A stretch of DNA of 64,000 bases from the NCBI GenBank assembly GCA_046331425.1, contig JAXLQU010000020.1:8788-72787 (forward strand), in the 5' to 3' direction. The notes below the pieces were generated by a model that saw nothing but the letters and a program-made list of their open reading frames with translations, did not search any database and was not told the DNA's origin. The DNA is from Acidobacteriota bacterium (GTDB lineage Bacteria; Acidobacteriota; Polarisedimenticolia; J045). Position 1 is the first letter of the stretch; the number at the start of each line of letters is the position of its first letter. Positions 17,505-29,100 of the stretch are shown here, one piece after another. The position numbers were made by a program, and so were the translations under genes.

Positions 17505-17720
17505 ATGGGTGAGCAGCGCTCCGTTCGGCTGGGCTTTGCGGAAGCTCAACAGAAGCTCGGCCTGACACCAGGGGACGTGCTTTCGTTGGTGGAATCGGGA
17601 CGGCTCAGTGCGGTGCGCGCGCCGTTCGGGCTGCGATTCGAAGCCGACGATGTGAATCGCGTCGCAGAGGAGCTGCTCGCAAGCAAGCGCAAGCGTGGCG
17701 AACCAGGACTGGATCACTGA
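17505..17720 (+). CDS. Small helix-turn-helix (excisionase/HTH_17-like) DNA-binding protein, 71 aa
   Basis: LGFAEAQQKLGLTPGDVLSLVESGRLSAVR...LRFEADDV pattern; embedded in a longer spurious ORF-track entry. Confidence 0.6.
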   Translation: MGEQRSVRLGFAEAQQKLGLTPGDVLSLVESGRLSAVRAPFGLRFEADDVNRVAEELLASKRKRGEPGLDH

Positions 17721-17786
17721 GCATCTGCTTCGCGGCGAGCAGCGCTTGCCGAAATACGGCGCTGGAAAATCGTTCGTCGGACTCGT

Positions 17787-18749
17787 TCACGACTCCACGG
17801 CGAGTGTGTGCACCCCGGATTCCAACGTCGGATAGACCAGACTAGGGATCAACTCCTCGCGCGCGCGGCGAGTATCCCCCCAATACGACACTCGCCCGAT
17901 CTGAATGAAATCTCGCGTCAAGGGTGACGCACTGCCGGTCATCGTCGCGAAAATCTCGCACAACCTGGCCGCTGTGACGATGCTCCAAACCGGCAGCCGC
18001 ATCGGCGGTGCAACGCCCCAGACTCGACAGGCTGCATCGAGAAACTGCTGCAACGTGACAGGTTGCTCGTCACCAAGGTGATACGTGCCGCGCACTCCTT
18101 GCTTCACGATGGCCGCTTCGGTTGCGTGCAGAAAGTCCACCTTCGACAGCAGATGAACCCATGTCGGCTCTCGCCACACTCCCAGCAGATGTCGCCTTGC
18201 GAGCCAGCGCGCCGCATCGATCATCAGTATTCCGCTTCCGTAGACCATCCCGAGTCGCAGCACAGCGGGCACCGTTGCGCTGCCTTCGGTTTTTGCAAAC
18301 AAGAGCCGCTCTTCTTCCAATCGTGTCTGCGCATGAACCGAGATCGGCTGCCGATCCAGCCGCCCTGTGGCCGGGTGCTCGACACTCGTCGGGCCTTCGA
18401 CATGCGGAAACGAGATCAACACGACTCGACCGACACGAGCTCGAAGGCACACGTCCAGCAGATTGCTGAACCATCGCGTGTTGGTCTCGGGAAGAAAGCG
18501 CTCCGGTCGCGGCGCGAATAGCCGCCCCGCGAAGTGAACCACCACGTCGCTACCCGCCACAGCGCGTCTCAAAGACTGCATGTCCGCCAAGTCGGCCTGC
18601 ACGGCAGTCACATTCGCTGCCTGCGCGATCTCCAGCGCCAACGGCGTCTTGTGGAACATCAGCCGTAGCGGGTAACCCGCCGACTGCATGTGTCGCGCGA
18701 GCAGCCCACCCAAGTTGCCGGCCGCGCCTGTTATCAGCACGGGGCGCAT
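17787..18749 (-). CDS. NAD-dependent epimerase/dehydratase family protein
   Basis: LITGAAGNLG Rossmann motif, VVHFAG, LRLGMVYG, YHLGDEQP. Confidence 0.88.
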   Translation of the reverse strand: MRPVLITGAAGNLGGLLARHMQSAGYPLRLMFHKTPLALEIAQAANVTAVQADLADMQSLRRAVAGSDVVVHFAGRLFAPRPERFLPETNTRWFSNLLDVCLRARVGRVVLISFPHVEGPTSVEHPATGRLDRQPISVHAQTRLEEERLLFAKTEGSATVPAVLRLGMVYGSGILMIDAARWLARRHLLGVWREPTWVHLLSKVDFLHATEAAIVKQGVRGTYHLGDEQPVTLQQFLDAACRVWGVAPPMRLPVWSIVTAARLCEIFATMTGSASPLTRDFIQIGRVSYWGDTRRAREELIPSLVYPTLESGVHTLAVES

Positions 18750-18794
18750 TGCATCCCCTGTGTCGAGCGAGTCGATCCTTGAATCCGCGCCACA

Positions 18795-19211
18795 CTACTT
18801 TCCCCAACCGAACCCGAGCACGAGCCCAGCCTGGAAGTAGTCGGCATCGCCGAACACGTCGAGCACCTCGCCGTCCGTGCCACGCAGCAGACGAGCATCA
18901 ACTCCAAGATTGAATCGCTTGCCAAGTCGCCAGTCGACGCCGGCGTTTGCGTCGTAGCCGAGTGAGCTCTCGTTGTCATCGATGTCATACGGCCCCGTAT
19001 CGACAGTGATCGTCGCGGTGAGATTGGCCAATCCAAAACCGATGTAGGGATGCACGACGCCTTTGAGCTTCGGCTTCCAAAGCATACCTGCCGAGACATC
19101 GCGGATCGCACACGTGATGTCGTCCTCTTCGCGGGCTGAACCGTGCGCGCGTTCTGTCGCGAACGGCAAGGCCGTGGCGAGCACGACTCTGCGCTCGATC
19201 GCGACCCGCAA
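18795..19211 (-). pseudogene. Outer-membrane beta-barrel (OmpW/porin-like) protein, probably 5'-truncated
   Basis: HPYIGFG, LGYDANAGVDWRL, NLGVDARLL and terminal AGLVLGFGW strands; only 138 aa with no clean signal peptide. Confidence 0.55.
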
Positions 19212-19333
19212 GGCTGACGCACACGCGACTCTGCGCTTCGGGATGTTTCGGTCAAGCGACGTCGGCTCCTAGTCGCCCCCAGTCTGGTTAGGCCGGCTGT
19301 GCCCCCCGCTCTGGCAGCCAGGATCGCATTTTA

Positions 19334-19374
19334 TGTAAAGAAAACTTGACACCGTGTATGGTTTTCCATACCTT
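19334..19374 (+). promoter_or_regulatory. Sigma70 promoter (TTGACA 19346-51, 17 bp, TACCTT 19369-74) overlapped by two palindromic operators
   Basis: TGTAAAG-AAAA-CTTGACA (19334-51) and GTATGG-TTTT-CCATAC (19356-71). Confidence 0.7.
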
Positions 19375-19393
19375 GGCTCCCGAAGGACACCCG

Positions 19394-19600
19394 ATGACCA
19401 ACCGCGTCCGCCATTACCGGTTCCTCCACGGCGAAATGACCCAGGCCCAACTTGCCGACCGGGTCTCGGTCTCGCGGCAGACCATCGTTGCGATCGAAAA
19501 AGGGAACTACAGCCCGTCGGTCGAACTCGCGCTGCAACTCGCGCGAGCGTTTCAAACGACCGTCGAGGAGTTGTTTCAACTCGAGGAGGTTTCGCGATGA
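19394..19600 (+). CDS. XRE-family (HTH_3) transcriptional regulator, 68 aa
   Basis: MTQAQLADRVSVSRQTIVAIEKGNYSPSVELALQLARAF; AAGGA SD. Confidence 0.92.
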   Translation: MTNRVRHYRFLHGEMTQAQLADRVSVSRQTIVAIEKGNYSPSVELALQLARAFQTTVEELFQLEEVSR

Positions 19601-20301
19601 CACGGCGCTCGCTGTTCATCATCCGTTCGCTTTGGATCGTGGCAACCGCTGCTTTGGCTGCGCTATGGCGCATCGAAGCGTTGGTATTTCTCGTGCCGCT
19701 CGCCTTCATCGGGCCGGTTGTTTCCGAGGTTCTTCCCTGTCGCGATGTCGACGAGCGCGAGCGCAACTTGGATTACCACGCAAGCCACCTCGCACTGATG
19801 GCGGTTTACCTGTTGGTCTTCGGTTTGTTCTGCCGCGCCGTCTTCGTCCTTGGGAGCGAACCGAACGAGTTGTATCTGCTGCTAGCGGTGCCGCTACTGG
19901 TTCGTGCCGTGATCGCGATCGGCCGAGGTCGTGGGGGACGGCGCTTGGGGCTGGTGTTGGGTTTCGTATTCAGCGCGGTCTGGCTGACGTTCACTCTTCT
20001 CTCGCATGGCATCTCGTGGGAGTCGCTCGGTGAATCGGTGGTCGGAGGGGTGATCTTGCTGGGAACGTTGCTGGCGTTGCGCTGGCCGCGCATCGGTGGC
20101 GGTGTGCTGTTTCTGGCCGGACTTGCGTTCTTGGTTTTCGTCCGCGCTCCCTTCGAGCGAGGGCAGTACCTGTCCGCGTTGCTGATGATGGCGACGCTTG
20201 CGCTCCCGCCGATGATCGCCGGCACAGCGCTGTTCGTATCGCGAGGGAGTGACCCTGACGACGAGTTCGAGGATTTGCGTGGGTCGTCATCGACCTTATG
20301 A
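19597..20301 (+). CDS. Multi-pass membrane protein (DERER motif, DUF2178-like) coupled to the XRE regulator
   Basis: ATGA overlap; ~7-8 hydrophobic segments. Confidence 0.75.
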   Translation: MTRRSLFIIRSLWIVATAALAALWRIEALVFLVPLAFIGPVVSEVLPCRDVDERERNLDYHASHLALMAVYLLVFGLFCRAVFVLGSEPNELYLLLAVPLLVRAVIAIGRGRGGRRLGLVLGFVFSAVWLTFTLLSHGISWESLGESVVGGVILLGTLLALRWPRIGGGVLFLAGLAFLVFVRAPFERGQYLSALLMMATLALPPMIAGTALFVSRGSDPDDEFEDLRGSSSTL

Positions 20302-20317
20302 CTGAGGAGACGTTCCA

Positions 20318-20902
20318 ATGAGAATCTCGAGCAGCTTGTGGCTGACGATACTGACAACCGTAGTGGTTTCCTCGGCGTGCGGCGCTGGAGCGGGCGAGCG
20401 GCGTGAGCGAATCGACGGCATGCGTGAAATCGAAGGCATTCCGTGTACCGACTACGCTTGGTACGAAGCGGAAACCGGGCGATTCAAGGGGTGCACGCTA
20501 GCGCGCGAGATCGTGGTCGATACCTCGCGTATTCCCGCCGGCACAAAAGTCGACGTCGACACCGATCACAAGCCGGTCATGCTTTTCCTTCCGCACGACA
20601 CCGAGATCGATGGCCATGTCTGCCGTGGAGAGGGGCACGAGTACCAGACCAAGTTGCACCCCAACGGGCGTCTCGCGTTCTGCAATCTCCCTTTGCCGGC
20701 CAAGATTGACGGCGTGCCTTGTGAGAAGTCGACGTTCTGGACTTGGACTCTGGTAGGCCCTGCCGGTGTTGACTTTCATGACGACGGTAGCCTGAAGGGG
20801 TGCCTGCTTGCAGAGGATTACTCCCTTGATGGGACCACCTATCGGAAAGGAACGCGGTTCCAACGCGACGCTGCGGGAAGGGCCATCGCCGCGCCGCACT
20901 GA
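20318..20902 (+). CDS. Exported hypothetical protein with internal Cys-containing beta-hairpin repeats
   Basis: Signal peptide; repeats of type I.G.PC...G.L..C.LA.D..IDG; GAGGAG SD. Confidence 0.7.
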   Translation: MRISSSLWLTILTTVVVSSACGAGAGERRERIDGMREIEGIPCTDYAWYEAETGRFKGCTLAREIVVDTSRIPAGTKVDVDTDHKPVMLFLPHDTEIDGHVCRGEGHEYQTKLHPNGRLAFCNLPLPAKIDGVPCEKSTFWTWTLVGPAGVDFHDDGSLKGCLLAEDYSLDGTTYRKGTRFQRDAAGRAIAAPH

Positions 20903-21014
20903 CAGCGAGCGGACCGCTATGTAGATTGCGGATGCAGCGCGCTCCACAAAACTGCCGTCAATCGTGCAATGCTCCGCAACGCACGTCTTGTTCGGGCGTC
21001 GCTAGGGGCATGCA

Positions 21015-22505
21015 ATGCAGGCGGATTCGGCGGGATCGTCTTTGTCCAGCAACTCTTTCGCGCCGCGTCTCGAACGGTTCGTCGTCGCCGTGTTCGTCTG
21101 TGCCACCACTATGCCGATGGCTTATGTCGGACTGCGCGGACTCTCGATCTCGGCATGGGTGGCGGGGCCAGTAGCGCTGGCAGCCGCGGTTGTTTTCCTG
21201 CGACCGCTTGCGCGCGCGCTCCCAACCAAACTCGATGGCTGGTCCCGCGGACGGGCGATGTGGAGTTCGATCTGGCTGCTCGGAGCGCTGCTCGCCACCA
21301 CGCAAAGTGCCCGGCTCTCGGTCTTCATGCTCGATCCGAACCTCCCGTCCTACTCACTGATCCCCTCCGATCGATGGCTGGTAGAACACTCGTGCCTCAC
21401 CGCTTACACCGAAGGGGCACGACTGGCGCTCGAGGGGGAGTCGAACGTCTATGTTCCCGAGCTATATCTCGATCGCAAGATAGGCAATTTCACTGTCGAT
21501 GCGTTTCATTACCCGCCGCCGTTTCTGTTTTTCACGCTGGCGGTTCGTTGGCTCGGCGGCGGTGACTATGTCTCGATGCGCGCGCTCTGGTACGCGGCGA
21601 GCGGGTTGGGGCTCATCGCTGCGCTGATGTTGGTTGCGTGGCGCCTCGACGAGCGCGTACGGCTACGGATGATCGCTACGGCACCGGCGCTTTGGGTCGC
21701 GATGCCAATCCAGATCGCGCTGCAAATGTCGAATGTTCAGATCTTGGTGGTGGTGGTCTCGATGCTGGCGTGGGTCGCACTGCCAAGCAGCCGATTGCTT
21801 GGCGGGATTCTCCTAGCCTCTACCACGGTGGCGAAACTGTTCCCCGGCATACTTGCGGTTCTGCTTACGGTTCAGCGGCGCTGGCGCGAGCAGTTCTGGG
21901 CTGTCGCCACGGCCGTGCTGATTACGCTTCTCACGTTCGTCGTCTTCGGTTGGGCGCCGTTTCAAACATTCGTTCGCTACGAGCTGCCGAAACTTTCCAG
22001 CGGTGAAGCTTTCGCGCGGCCGTTGTCCCGCCCGTTTGCAGTGGCAAGCAACAACGCGCCGTTTGGAATCCCGTTGAAGCTCGCGGAACTAGGGGTTCCT
22101 GGAATGTCACTCGGCGTTGGCCGCGCGATCTCGACGATCTACGGGCTTGCGCTACTCGCGCTCACGATCCGCGCCGGACGCAACCGTGATCGCGGCGGCG
22201 CACAGGAAGCAGCGGTCTGGCTGTCGCTTTTGAGCCTGGGGCAACTCGCCAGTCCGTTCGCTCCAGCAAACTACGTCATGGTGGGAACGCTCTGGTTGGT
22301 CTGTCTCGATCGCGAGCGATTCTCGCCATGGAGCGTCGCTCTGATTTGGATCCTGCTGTGTGCACCGTTCATTCTGCCGCGCGAGATCGAGTACACGATT
22401 CGAGCCGCCGCGTTCTTGCCGTCGCAGGTGGTCTGCCTTGCGGTTCCTGCGTGGGTATTGTGGCAGCTCGGTGCCCGGGCGGACGCATCGGTGGCGCGCG
22501 CGTAA
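21015..22505 (+). CDS. GT87/DUF2029-like polyprenol-dependent glycosyltransferase
   Basis: FHYPPPFL, ALQMSNVQIL and VAKLFPG motifs; many TM helices. Confidence 0.75.
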   Translation: MQADSAGSSLSSNSFAPRLERFVVAVFVCATTMPMAYVGLRGLSISAWVAGPVALAAAVVFLRPLARALPTKLDGWSRGRAMWSSIWLLGALLATTQSARLSVFMLDPNLPSYSLIPSDRWLVEHSCLTAYTEGARLALEGESNVYVPELYLDRKIGNFTVDAFHYPPPFLFFTLAVRWLGGGDYVSMRALWYAASGLGLIAALMLVAWRLDERVRLRMIATAPALWVAMPIQIALQMSNVQILVVVVSMLAWVALPSSRLLGGILLASTTVAKLFPGILAVLLTVQRRWREQFWAVATAVLITLLTFVVFGWAPFQTFVRYELPKLSSGEAFARPLSRPFAVASNNAPFGIPLKLAELGVPGMSLGVGRAISTIYGLALLALTIRAGRNRDRGGAQEAAVWLSLLSLGQLASPFAPANYVMVGTLWLVCLDRERFSPWSVALIWILLCAPFILPREIEYTIRAAAFLPSQVVCLAVPAWVLWQLGARADASVARA

Positions 22506-22658
22506 CGCGCGTCGATCGGGAGTGACGGTGTCGTTTGTGTGCGTGACCGCGCTGCTTGCCAGGTCCCGAAACCGAGTTCGAGTTTGCGTGGGCCTGCGGT
22601 CACCGATTCCATCGCGATTCGAAGTCTGAATCGGTGATGCGCGAGGCCGCGCTCCCCT

Positions 22659-24134
<1,476 letters not shown>

Positions 24135-24352
24135 GGGTTGGAGTCTATGTCACAGGCCCTCGATCTAGAGCAGCCCAAGCCGACAACCGAAGCCCGCGGG
24201 CAGGCAACAACGGACGCCGATTGTGAGGGGTGGTTTCGCCCGGAAACGCTTATCAGCCGGGGGTTTCAGGGGCCGGCGGTTGCGAGGAGGACGGCCGCGG
24301 AGCGAGCCGGGCGCCGTTACAAGCTTTTGACCTATTAATACAGCCTCCGCTC

Positions 24353-24381
24353 TTGACGATGAATGAATGTTCATTCACTGT
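24353..24381 (+). promoter_or_regulatory. TetR-type operator TGAATGAA-TG-TTCATTCA (24360-24377) downstream of a TTGACG -35 box
   Basis: Perfect 8-bp inverted repeat just upstream of the TetR gene. Confidence 0.75.
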
Positions 24382-24391
24382 GCCTGACTCT

Positions 24392-25054
24392 ATGACTGGA
24401 CACCTCCCCCACCGGTCCGCCGCGCCGCTAGAACAACGCCGCCTTCAGATCATCGACGCAGCGATGACCTGCTTTGCCCGTCGCGGCTTTCACCAAACCA
24501 CGATGCAGGACATCAGCCAGGCTGCCGGGATCAGCGTCGGCCTGATCTATCGCTACTTTCAGAACAAGGAAGAAATGATCGCTACGATGGCGAGCGAGCA
24601 TATGCGCGAGTTGCAACGCAAGCTCGACCACGCCAAGTCAATCGCCAATCTGTTTGAAGCGCTGGAGCACGTGGTGTGGTGCGACCAGCAAGAAGTCGAG
24701 GCCGACATCGAGGCTTCGTTCGTGGTCGATCTGTTCGCAGAGTCGTCGCGAAATCCAGGCGTTCGCGAGTTGGTATCGCAGATACAGATTGCCGTGCTGG
24801 CGGGAGTGACCGATTTGATCGCTGCATCGCCCCAAGCCCCACATCTGGCAGCGGGGATGCAGCCGCAGCACGCGGCCGAGTTGATATTTCATACGTTGCA
24901 TGGACTAATGTTCGACGAAATTCTCAACGCTAGCACCCGGACACCAGCGCAGACCCGGCAGAATCGAACCGAAACGCTGCGCAGACTGTGGATTCTCCTC
25001 TTCCCCACGCTGAATGCCCCCGCATCCGGCGCACCGGCAACCGAACATGCGTAA
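24392..25054 (+). CDS. TetR/AcrR family transcriptional regulator
   Basis: RRLQIIDAAMTCFARRGFHQTTMQDISQAAGISVGLIYRYFQNKEE; start uncertain (24359 or 24392). Confidence 0.88.
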   Translation: MTGHLPHRSAAPLEQRRLQIIDAAMTCFARRGFHQTTMQDISQAAGISVGLIYRYFQNKEEMIATMASEHMRELQRKLDHAKSIANLFEALEHVVWCDQQEVEADIEASFVVDLFAESSRNPGVRELVSQIQIAVLAGVTDLIAASPQAPHLAAGMQPQHAAELIFHTLHGLMFDEILNASTRTPAQTRQNRTETLRRLWILLFPTLNAPASGAPATEHA

Positions 25055-26174
25055 ATACTTCATTGCAGGACTCATCTTGTTCGTGATCATAGGCAGTCTC
25101 GTCGGCGTCAAGGCATTGCAAATTGGCGCCATGATTCAAGCGGGAGAGAGTTTCTCGATTCCACCCGAAACTGTCAGCAGCGCCCAAGTGCGTCACGAGA
25201 CGTGGGAAGCATCGCTTTCCGCAGTCGGTACCGTCACCGCAGTGCAGGGCGTGCTGTTGCGCAGCGAGGTCTCGGGCACCGTCAGCCGCATCGCGTTCGA
25301 GTCGGGCGGCGTTGCCAGACAGGGCCAGTTGTTGGTCGAGCTGGAGGCCTCTACCGAGCAGGCGCGATTGCGCGCCGCTCAAGCGCGGGCCGAGTTGGCG
25401 AACTCGAACCTCATGAGGATGCGCGACCTTCGTAAGCAGGACCTGGTGTCGCAGTCCGACCTCGATTCGGCAGAGGCGGCATTCAAGCAGGTTGCTGGTG
25501 AGATCGACGAGATCCGCGTTGCCATCGCCAAGAAGAGCATCCGCGCGCCGTTCACAGGCCGCATCGGGATTCGCCAGGTGCAACTTGGCCAGTACTTGGA
25601 TGTGGCCGCACCAATCGTGCAGTTGCAGTCGATCGACCCGGTCTACGTCGACTTCACGCTGCCGGAGCAACGGGCCAGTGGCGTGCGCCCGGGAATGGCC
25701 GTGCGTGTCATCACCGACGCTTCGCAAGGACGCGACTTCGTGGGGCGCCTGACGGCGATCGATCCGCAGATCGACGCTTCGACCCGCAATCTCAAACTGC
25801 AAGCAACACTCTCCAACAAAGACGGTGCGTTGGTCCCTGGCATGTTCGCGCGCGTTGCGGTGATTCTGCCCGAGGTCAACAACCCGTTGGTGATCCCGGT
25901 CACGGCCGTACTGAACGCACCGTACGGTGACTCGGTCTTCGTGATCTCCGACGAAAAGGACGAGAAGACAGGCCAAATGGTCAAGCGCGTGAAGAATGTC
26001 ACCGTGCGCTTGGGAGAAACGCGCGGCGATTTGGTCGCAGTGGAAACCGGGCTGCAGGAGGGTCAACTGATCGTCTCCGCTGGCGTCTTCAAGCTGCGTA
26101 ACGGAACAGACATCGTGATCAACAACGAACTGGCGCCGGCGGCGGAAGCGAGCCCTCGCCCCGCCGATTCTTGA
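25047..26174 (+). CDS. RND efflux periplasmic adaptor (MFP)
   Basis: N-terminal TM, GTVTAVQGV, IRAPFTGRIGIR, LVPGMFARV. Confidence 0.92.
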   Translation: MRKYFIAGLILFVIIGSLVGVKALQIGAMIQAGESFSIPPETVSSAQVRHETWEASLSAVGTVTAVQGVLLRSEVSGTVSRIAFESGGVARQGQLLVELEASTEQARLRAAQARAELANSNLMRMRDLRKQDLVSQSDLDSAEAAFKQVAGEIDEIRVAIAKKSIRAPFTGRIGIRQVQLGQYLDVAAPIVQLQSIDPVYVDFTLPEQRASGVRPGMAVRVITDASQGRDFVGRLTAIDPQIDASTRNLKLQATLSNKDGALVPGMFARVAVILPEVNNPLVIPVTAVLNAPYGDSVFVISDEKDEKTGQMVKRVKNVTVRLGETRGDLVAVETGLQEGQLIVSAGVFKLRNGTDIVINNELAPAAEASPRPADS

Positions 26175-26185
26175 TGGACTGAGCG

Positions 26186-29100
26186 ATGCAATCGATCACC
26201 GATATTTTCATTCGCCGGCCGGTGCTGGCGATCGTCGTCAACATCTTGATCGTGATCGCCGGACTGCAGGCGATGCGATCGTTGATTGTGCGCCAGTACC
26301 CGAAGAGTGAGAACGCTTCGGTGAAGGTCACCACCGTCTACGTTGGCGCCAACGCCGACTTGGTGCGCGGCTTCATTACCGCACCGATGGAGCGCGCCAT
26401 CGCGGCGGCTGACGGAATCGAGTACCTCGAGTCGCAGAGCGTGCAGGGACTCTCGACCATCACCGCACGACTGAAGCTCAACAAGGACGCTTCCAAGGCG
26501 CTCTCCGAGATCAGTTCGAAGGTCGATCAGGTGCGCGCCGATCTGCCGCCATCCGCCGAGGTGCCGGTAATCAACATCGAGCCGGCGGACTCGACGTTTG
26601 CCGCCGCGTACCTGAGCTTCAGTTCCGAGCTGTTGAAACAGAACGAAATCACCGACTACTTGGTGCGGGTGATTCAGCCGCGACTGTCGGCGGTCGACGG
26701 CGTGCAGCGCGCCGATATCTTGGGAGCGCGCACGTTCGCGATGCGTTTGTGGCTGAAGCCCGAGCGCATGGCGGCCCTCAACGTTTCCCCCGGCGATGTG
26801 CAACGAGCGCTAGCCGCCAACAACTACCTGGCGGCCGTCGGACGCACCAAGAGCCTTTTGGTGCAGGTCAACCTTACCGCCAACACCGACCTGCGCTCAG
26901 TCTCCGAGTTCGAGCAGATGGTGATCCGCGAAGACGCTGGCAACTACGTGCGCCTGGGCGATGTCGCCGATGTCGCGCTTGGAGCCGACGACTACGACAC
27001 CGAGGTGCGCTTCTCGGGCGAAACCGCGGTGTTCATGGGGATCTGGGTCTTGCCCAGCGCCAACTCGGTGGACGTGATCCAGGCGGTGCGCAAGGAAATC
27101 GATTCGATTCAGGCCGATCTGCCGACCAGCATGAAAGCCAAGGTCGCCTACGATGCAACTGCCTACATCAAGGACGCTCTGAGCGAGGTGATCCGGACAC
27201 TTGGCGAGACGTTGATCATTGTCGTGATCGTGATCTTTTTGTTCCTCGGATCGTTGCGTTCGGCATTGGTGCCCGTGGTAGCAATCCCGGTGTCGCTGAT
27301 CGGTGCGATCTTCTTGATGGAGGTATTCGGTTTCACGATCAACCTGTTGACGCTTCTGGCAATTGTGTTGTCGGTTGGACTGGTGGTCGATGACGCCGTG
27401 GTCGTGGTTGAGAATGTCGAGCGCCGAATGCGGCAAGGGCTGTCGGCGATCCAGGCCGCGCTGCTCGGCGCACGTGAACTGGTCGGCCCGATCATCGCCA
27501 TGACGATCACGCTCGCTGCGGTCTACGCACCGATCGGCTTTCAGGGTGGACTGACCGGGACACTGTTCAAGGAGTTCGCATTCACGCTTGCCGGCGCCGT
27601 CACGATTTCTGGAATCGTGGCGTTGACCTTGTCGCCGGTGATGTCATCGGTGCTGATCAACCCCAAGGGACTCAACAAAGGGTTCACGGGGCGCATCAAC
27701 CGCGACTTCGATCGTTTCCGAAATTTCTATGGCCGCCTGCTCGACAAGACGCTTGGTGCGCGCCCCGCTGTCTACACCGTGTGGATTGTGTTGAGTTTGC
27801 TTACGGTGCCGTTGTTCATGATGTCGCCCAAAGAGTTGGCGCCAACCGAGGATCAAGGGGTCGTCTTCGGGATCTTGGAAGGACCTGCCAACTCGACGAT
27901 TGACCAAGCGATGGTCTACGCCAACGAGGTCAATCGGATGTTCATGGAGATTCCCGAAACACAGTTCACATTCCAGCTCACCTTCCCCAGTGGCGGATTC
28001 GGTGGCGCGGGGTTGAAGCCGTGGGGCGAGCGCGATCGTACGGCATTCGAGATCATGCCGGAGATTTCGGAGAAGCTCGCGAACATCTCGGGGCTGAGGG
28101 TGTTCCCTGTGATGCCGCCGGCATTGCCGGGCGGCGGCCAGTTCCCGGTTGAGTTCGTGTTGGCCTCGACGGCCGAGCCCGAGCGGATCTTGGAATTCGC
28201 AACGCAACTGGAGCAACGAGCAGCCGCCAGTGGTAAGTTCGCTTTCCCGCCGATCATCGACACCAAGATCGATCAGCCGCAGACAGAGATTGTGATCGAT
28301 CGCGAGAAGGTCGCCGCAATGGGGTTGAGCCTGGAGCAAGTCGGCAACGATATCTCGGCTATCGTGGGCGGCAACTTCGTCAACCGCTTCAACATCGATG
28401 GGCGCAGTTACAAGGTGATTCCGCAAGCCAAGCGCACCGCGCGGCTGTCTCCCGAGCAGTTGACCAGCCTGTATGTGACGGGGCCCGAGGGAAAACTCGT
28501 ACCGCTGAGCACTCTGGCGACGCTGAAGAACAGTACGGAGCCGCGTTCTCTCAACCGGTTCCAACAACTCAACGCGGTCAAGCTCAGTGGCGTTTCGATG
28601 GTGCCGCTCGATCAGGCTTTGAAGTACCTGGAGGACGAGGCCAAGAAGATCCTCCCCGACGGCTATCAAATCGACTACACCGGCGAATCGCGCCAGCTCC
28701 GTACCGAGGGAGACAAGTTCCTGCCGGCGATGACGCTCGCGGTGGTTTTGATCTTCTTGGTGTTGGCGGCACAGTTCAACAGCTTCCGCGACCCACTCGT
28801 GATTCTCGCTGGCTCGGTGCCACTGGCGATGTTCGGCGCGCTCACGATGACGTTCCTCAAGCTTCCCAATCCCAACATGCCGTTCTGGACCGACGGTTGG
28901 ACTACCACACTCAACATCTACTCACAGGTGGGGCTGGTGACGTTGGTCGGGTTGGTTTCGAAGAACGGAATCCTGATCGTGGAGTTCGCCAACGAGCTGC
29001 AGCGCGAGGGGAAGTCGAAACTCGATGCGATTCGCGAGGCGGCGCGGACACGACTACGCCCGGTGCTGATGACCAGCGTGGCCACCGTCGCCGGGCACTT

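Noticed and set aside
17605-17790. 61-aa minus-strand ORF overlapping the epimerase stop
   Set aside because: It overlaps the better-supported HTH gene on the opposite strand and has no recognisable features
19184-19237. 12-bp direct repeat CGACTCTGCGCT at the 5' end of the barrel fragment
   Set aside because: Too short to interpret; at most a scar of the truncation
24930-28669. Long antisense ORFs opposite the RND genes, and similar ones at 42253-43608, 49240-50352 and 621-1625
   Set aside because: Shadow ORFs typical of high-GC codon bias, lying opposite well-supported genes, with no motifs
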